A stretch of DNA of 38,354 nucleotides, taken from NCBI GenBank assembly GCA_031277155.1, contig JAITMW010000139.1:1-38354 (forward strand), written 5' to 3'. A model generated the notes under the pieces. The model had not been told where the DNA came from and made no database searches. It saw only the letters and a list, made by a program, of their open reading frames with translations. This DNA comes from Clostridiales bacterium. GTDB lineage: Bacteria > Bacillota > Clostridia > Lachnospirales > WRAX01. Position 1 is the stretch's first letter. The number at the start of each line of letters is the position of its first letter. Positions 34,606-38,354 of this stretch are shown here, piece after piece. A program made the position numbers and the translations under genes.

Positions 34606-35070
34606 ATGAAGATATTCCGCACAAAAAGCAAGGCTGCCAATTTTTGGCTGGATGTAATTCTCATCACAGCCATTTTGGCGGGCCTTTGTTTCATTTTTTT
34701 TTGGCCCATACGGGTTGCGGGCAGTTCTATGTCGCCTGCGATAAACATGGGCGACCAGCTGATTATTTCGCGCTTTTCGGGATTTCTTGGCAATTTTGGC
34801 CGCGGGGACATTGTGCTGGCGCGCATAGAGGCTGACGGCGGCACGGAGACCGTGATAAAGCGCATTGCGGCTGTCCCGGGCGAGCATCTCATCATAGAGG
34901 AAGGCGGCATCAATATTAATATCATCCTAGGCGACGACGAATTTTTTCTTTTGGGCGACAATTTGGATATCAGCAGCGACAGCCGCCACTTTGGCCCCGT
35001 TTCCGGCCGACAAATTGTTGCAAAAATCCTTTTGCGATATTTTCCATTAAGTGTCATTGAAATCTTTTGA
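34606..35070 (+). CDS. lepB: Signal peptidase I (S26 family)
   Basis: An N-terminal TM helix, then the catalytic Ser box GSSMSPA, KRIAAVPGE and LGDNLDISSDSRHFGPV motifs. Confidence 0.9.
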   Translation: MKIFRTKSKAANFWLDVILITAILAGLCFIFFWPIRVAGSSMSPAINMGDQLIISRFSGFLGNFGRGDIVLARIEADGGTETVIKRIAAVPGEHLIIEEGGININIILGDDEFFLLGDNLDISSDSRHFGPVSGRQIVAKILLRYFPLSVIEIF

Positions 35071-35109
35071 AAACATAGGCTTTTCGCCATATAAAATGTT
35101 TTTTTGCTA

Positions 35110-35138
35110 TTGACTTGCGCCCTAACTTGTAGTATAAT
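35110..35138 (+). promoter_or_regulatory. Sigma-A promoter for veg: TTGACT-N17-TATAAT
   Basis: TTGACT at 35110-35115 and TATAAT at 35133-35138, with an exact 17-nt spacer. Confidence 0.65.
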
Positions 35139-35190
35139 TGTTAAACAGATATTTCAAATGTGTTAAGGGATAATTACAAAATAGATTGGG

Positions 35191-35448
35191 GTGTTGTTTG
35201 TGTATGCAAGGAATGACGTGTCAACCGTAAGAAAAGATATCTCGCAAATTGTGGGGTCTAAGGTAATGCTTGAAACAAACAAGGGCAGGCAGAAGGCATT
35301 GGTATTTTCCGGCACCATTGAAAACGCCTACCCTTCCATTTTCACCATTTCGCTGGACTCCGGCGCTGCCGGTTCCAAGCGCACGGTGTCATACAACTAT
35401 ACCGATATATTAACGAGGTCCGTGGAGATTACGGTTTTCAATGATTGA
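35191..35448 (+). CDS. veg: Veg protein (DUF1021)
   Basis: ...LETNKGRQKALVFSGTIENAYPSIFTISLD...RTVSYNYTDILTRSVEITVFND parallels B. subtilis Veg as remembered. The start is uncertain: GTG 35191, GTG 35200 or another in-frame GTG/TTG. Confidence 0.85.
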   Translation: MLFVYARNDVSTVRKDISQIVGSKVMLETNKGRQKALVFSGTIENAYPSIFTISLDSGAAGSKRTVSYNYTDILTRSVEITVFND

Positions 35449-35467
35449 TGGCGGTATGATTACACGC

Positions 35468-35503
35468 AAAAAGGCCATGCGGCATAAAACGCATGGCCTT
35501 TTT
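35468..35503. terminator. Bidirectional intrinsic terminator between veg and the PEGA gene
   Basis: AAAAAGGCCATGCG-8 nt-CGCATGGCCTTTTT. The stem is 14 bp including the flanking A and T runs. Confidence 0.8.
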
Positions 35504-35525
35504 GCTGACAACAACACACAGTACA

Positions 35526-37265
35526 TTATTGAGGCGGGAAAAACGGGCTTGGACTTGGACTTATTTCCGGATACAATTCCTGCGGCGGCGGTGATGGCGT
35601 CGGCGTTGGTGTCGGCTGATATGTCGGTGGCGGTGTAGGCGTTGGCATCGGCGTTGCCATAAAATTGGGGTCGGGCGGCAGCACCCATGTTATGGGCGGC
35701 TGGTTTTCCGTCACCCATATGTCCGTGGTGGTGCTTAAAAAGCCCTCCAGCGCCGTGGTGGCGGTATATCGCCTTTGCTCCAATTCCATTGAAACAGGCG
35801 AAAGCCCCACATATTGATAGTCCAGATATATTCTTGCGCCCGCCGGCACCGTAATTATCGTCACATTTTGCGTGAGGATGATTTCTTCCAGCACAACGGT
35901 GATTTCGTGATTTGCGGAATCTATGGTGATTTCTTGGGTGAAGGGCACAAAGCCCTGCCGCGTGACGGAGACGGTGTATGTGCCATAATCCAGCATAATC
36001 ATCGAATTTGCCAGATGTGCTTCGCCGTCAATTGTCAGGCTGGCGTATGGGTCGGCCACATTTATCGTCAGCGAACCCGACAAAAGCTCCAGCCCGTCAA
36101 GGTTGACGATGGCGGTGCCGCCGCGGGCCACGGTCAGCTGATATTCAAAAATTTCGATATTGTCGCCGCGGATGGTCACTCTGTGGTCGCCTTCGGGCAC
36201 GCGCAATTCCGTCACGCCGTCCAGCCCGGCAAAGGTGGTATTGGCCACTTCCACTGTGCCGCGAATTATCATGTCGTTTTCCGGGATGTGTATGATGCCG
36301 TTGCCTTGGTGAATGTCCACAAAAGCAACCTGACCGTAGAATGGCTCTGCAACTATCACGTCCACCGTCACAATATCAACCGCGTCCACATCCGTAATGC
36401 TGTTTTGTTCGCCGTGATACATCACCACAGTGCGCGGTGTGTAAACATAGCGCCTGTTGCCTATAAAAATCGCGTTGTTTTCAGTATCCACCACCACATC
36501 GCGGATATTTCTGTATGTCCGTACCTGGGCGCTGACGCGGGCGGTTTCAACAACTGTGGATTCTTCCATATGGACGACTTCAATTACATCACCCAGGCTA
36601 AAATATGAAAAATCCACGGCATTGCCGAATTTGTCCCGCAATGTCGAATGATTCTCCACGAAAAACGAGCGCAGCTGTGCGGTTTCCAACACATAAAGGT
36701 CCATGCGGCGGCTGGCGGGGTTTAATTCCTGCACCAGGCCCATGAGAGCGAGGTTTCCGTCGACAACCTCCAGCGGCAGCTGCTCTATGGGGTCTTCAGG
36801 CTCTGCATCAGATGGGGCGGCGGCTTGGGCGGCTTGGCCGGGGCCGTTTCTGCCGTCATTGCCCCAATTGCCGAGGTTAAATTCATTAAACATCGTGGCG
36901 AATACAAAGACCATGGCAATGACGCTGACAAACACCGTCGTCACCAAAAATATGGCATAATGCGCCTTTTTGGGGGCCTTGCGCTTTTTGACCGCAGGGG
37001 CCGCGGCAGGCTTTTTTTGAGGCTTGGGCCTGTCGCCCGGATATCTGGGCGCCGCCGAGGTTATTTTCCTGGTTTTGCCCATTTCTTCGCCTAAATTTTG
37101 GTCAATGCTTGTGCTTGTGCTTGAATTTGCGGCGGCATCAGGGTCAAAGTCGTAGGCAAAATCATCCGCCGCGCCCATGCCATCGCCGGGTGTATATCCT
37201 ACGCCATCGCGCACAATGGGCACCCTTCTGGTGTCCTGCGAATTTTTCGTGTCTTTTTCATCCAT
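35526..37265 (-). CDS. Single-pass membrane protein with PEGA-like repeats and a Pro/Thr-rich C-terminal tail
   Basis: Disordered basic N-terminus, a TM helix (AIFLVTTVFVSVIAMVFVFATMF), three PEGA-like modules (VPEGDHRVTI; YGTYTVSVTRQGF; RRYTATTALEGF), and the tail PTPTPPPTYQPTPTPTPSPPP. ATG 37265 follows GGGAGG. Confidence 0.7.
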   Translation of the reverse strand: MDEKDTKNSQDTRRVPIVRDGVGYTPGDGMGAADDFAYDFDPDAAANSSTSTSIDQNLGEEMGKTRKITSAAPRYPGDRPKPQKKPAAAPAVKKRKAPKKAHYAIFLVTTVFVSVIAMVFVFATMFNEFNLGNWGNDGRNGPGQAAQAAAPSDAEPEDPIEQLPLEVVDGNLALMGLVQELNPASRRMDLYVLETAQLRSFFVENHSTLRDKFGNAVDFSYFSLGDVIEVVHMEESTVVETARVSAQVRTYRNIRDVVVDTENNAIFIGNRRYVYTPRTVVMYHGEQNSITDVDAVDIVTVDVIVAEPFYGQVAFVDIHQGNGIIHIPENDMIIRGTVEVANTTFAGLDGVTELRVPEGDHRVTIRGDNIEIFEYQLTVARGGTAIVNLDGLELLSGSLTINVADPYASLTIDGEAHLANSMIMLDYGTYTVSVTRQGFVPFTQEITIDSANHEITVVLEEIILTQNVTIITVPAGARIYLDYQYVGLSPVSMELEQRRYTATTALEGFLSTTTDIWVTENQPPITWVLPPDPNFMATPMPTPTPPPTYQPTPTPTPSPPPQELYPEISPSPSPFFPPQ

Positions 37266-37288
37266 CGTTTTCACCTGCCTCCCTCGTC

Positions 37289-38332
37289 CTAAAGGTTTTC
37301 TGACAGCAATTTGCCCACGCGCAGACATTCCTGCATACGCGAAAGGAATGTGCCCGGCGCAAACGAACGCTTTTTGCTGTAATAGTCGTTCGTCAATTTT
37401 ATGAATTTTTCGGGATATAAAAGGATGCGGCGAAAAAGCGCATCGTCCAAGGTTTTGTCACAATGGGCCGCATAGCACTCCAAAATCTTGTCAATTGGCA
37501 TTATTTCTTTTGGCCCGGCCTTTATATAGCGTTTTATGATATAGGCAAGGTCGTGCAGATAGTGCATTTGTGCGGCTGCGCCAAAATTCGTAAGGGCAAT
37601 TTGGCCGCCCTGCCTATAAATATTTTCCTCTTTAAGCAAATTGTGGCATATGCTTTTGGCGCCGTCATCCTCGTCCCCAAAGGCGACAACATGGGGCGCA
37701 AGCTCCTCATATCCACGCAGAAACAGCATGTCAAAATCTGAAAATTTGCCCACTTTCAGCAGTTTTTTTTTCAATGATGTCAAATTCTCTTTAAGCTTTG
37801 CCGCGTCGCCCCCGGCCTTCGCCTTTCTCGCGGGAAACGCAATATCAGCCGCACCAAGCACATGATGCATCCTTGCCACATGGGCCACAACATCCAAAAG
37901 CGCATTGCCTTCGACAAAATCCACATTGTGGCCGGCCATCACAACACAGGCGGTATATGCATCCCCTTCGGCTGTCTCAAAATATGGCGCGCCCTGGGAC
38001 GATATCAAAAAGCGGTCAACGATAAAGCCATTTTCATGCAGATGTTCTTTAACCTTGTGCTGAAACAATATGTCAGAGATGCTATCATAGCAGGGATGGC
38101 GGCCGCCCTCCCGCCCGCGCCCGGCCCCCGCGCGCTGCAAGCGCACAGGACCAAGGGTTGTGACGCAAACATGGCCAAATTTGTCCTTATATATTTTGGG
38201 CTTAGGTTTTGTGCATTTTAAGTTGAAGCCGGCAACAACAGGCTGGACGAAGCTTTCCACGCGAAACACCTCCGAAGAGTAGCAAAATTGAAGTGCATGA
38301 TGCAAAAAATTCAAGGCATCTTCAATATTCAA
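37289..38332 (-). CDS. CotS/aminoglycoside-phosphotransferase-fold protein (spore-coat kinase-like)
   Basis: ICHNLLKEENI and YLHDLAYIIKRY resemble the catalytic-loop region of the CotS/APH family. The ORF-track start is a TTG, and the frame stays open to the window end, so the true start may lie beyond 38354. Confidence 0.45.
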   Translation of the reverse strand: MNIEDALNFLHHALQFCYSSEVFRVESFVQPVVAGFNLKCTKPKPKIYKDKFGHVCVTTLGPVRLQRAGAGRGREGGRHPCYDSISDILFQHKVKEHLHENGFIVDRFLISSQGAPYFETAEGDAYTACVVMAGHNVDFVEGNALLDVVAHVARMHHVLGAADIAFPARKAKAGGDAAKLKENLTSLKKKLLKVGKFSDFDMLFLRGYEELAPHVVAFGDEDDGAKSICHNLLKEENIYRQGGQIALTNFGAAAQMHYLHDLAYIIKRYIKAGPKEIMPIDKILECYAAHCDKTLDDALFRRILLYPEKFIKLTNDYYSKKRSFAPGTFLSRMQECLRVGKLLSENL

Positions 38333-38354
38333 TAATATGAGGGATTTGCTGTGG

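Noticed and set aside
35526-35650. GGCG/GTTGG-rich low-complexity DNA
   Set aside because: It is simply the coding sequence, on the minus strand, for the Pro/Thr-rich C-terminal tail of the PEGA protein. It is not an independent repeat element.

Overview
This 38.4 kb window looks like core chromosome from a spore-forming, flagellated Firmicute of the Clostridia type. GC is mid-range by eye. About 33 CDS are recognisable. Plus strand, in order: uvrA (5' cut by the window edge), an AlaX-type editing protein, then dcd, an unknown coiled-coil membrane protein, valS, folC, a 51-aa ORF and a Zn-ribbon/TPR protein (apparently one long operon), followed by a small DUF4870-like membrane protein. Minus strand: a complete Mrp-type cation/proton antiporter operon in the order E-F-G-[GNAT]-B-C-[glycosyltransferase]-D. 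Then: sigG; a minus-strand block of spoVB-like flippase, P-type Ca-ATPase, CofE-like ligase and cca; obg, yhbY, a secreted SNase/HhH-repeat protein and a QueG-like Fe-S protein; a small flagellar locus (large FliK-like protein, flagellin, fliS); lepB; veg; a PEGA-domain membrane protein; and a CotS-like kinase-fold protein. I saw no rRNA, tRNA, CRISPR array, transposase, integrase or recognisable defence cassette. I cannot honestly point to a clear new multi-gene system. The observations most worth a second look are: (1) an AT-rich glycosyltransferase embedded in the mrp operon and broken only by a G11 homopolymer, which is either a phase-variation-like switch or an assembly error; (2) an unclassified promoter-hairpin-antiterminator/terminator leader in front of the CofE-like/cca operon; (3) a 100-nt element upstream of alaX that can fold as a four-way junction; (4) a repeat-laden valS-folC spacer with a 21-bp x4 tandem repeat in frame with folC; (5) a secreted protein with an apparently catalytically dead SNase domain plus six ComEA-like HhH modules; (6) an apparently leaderless lepB. 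All protein calls rest on motif recognition and remembered homologues, not on searches.
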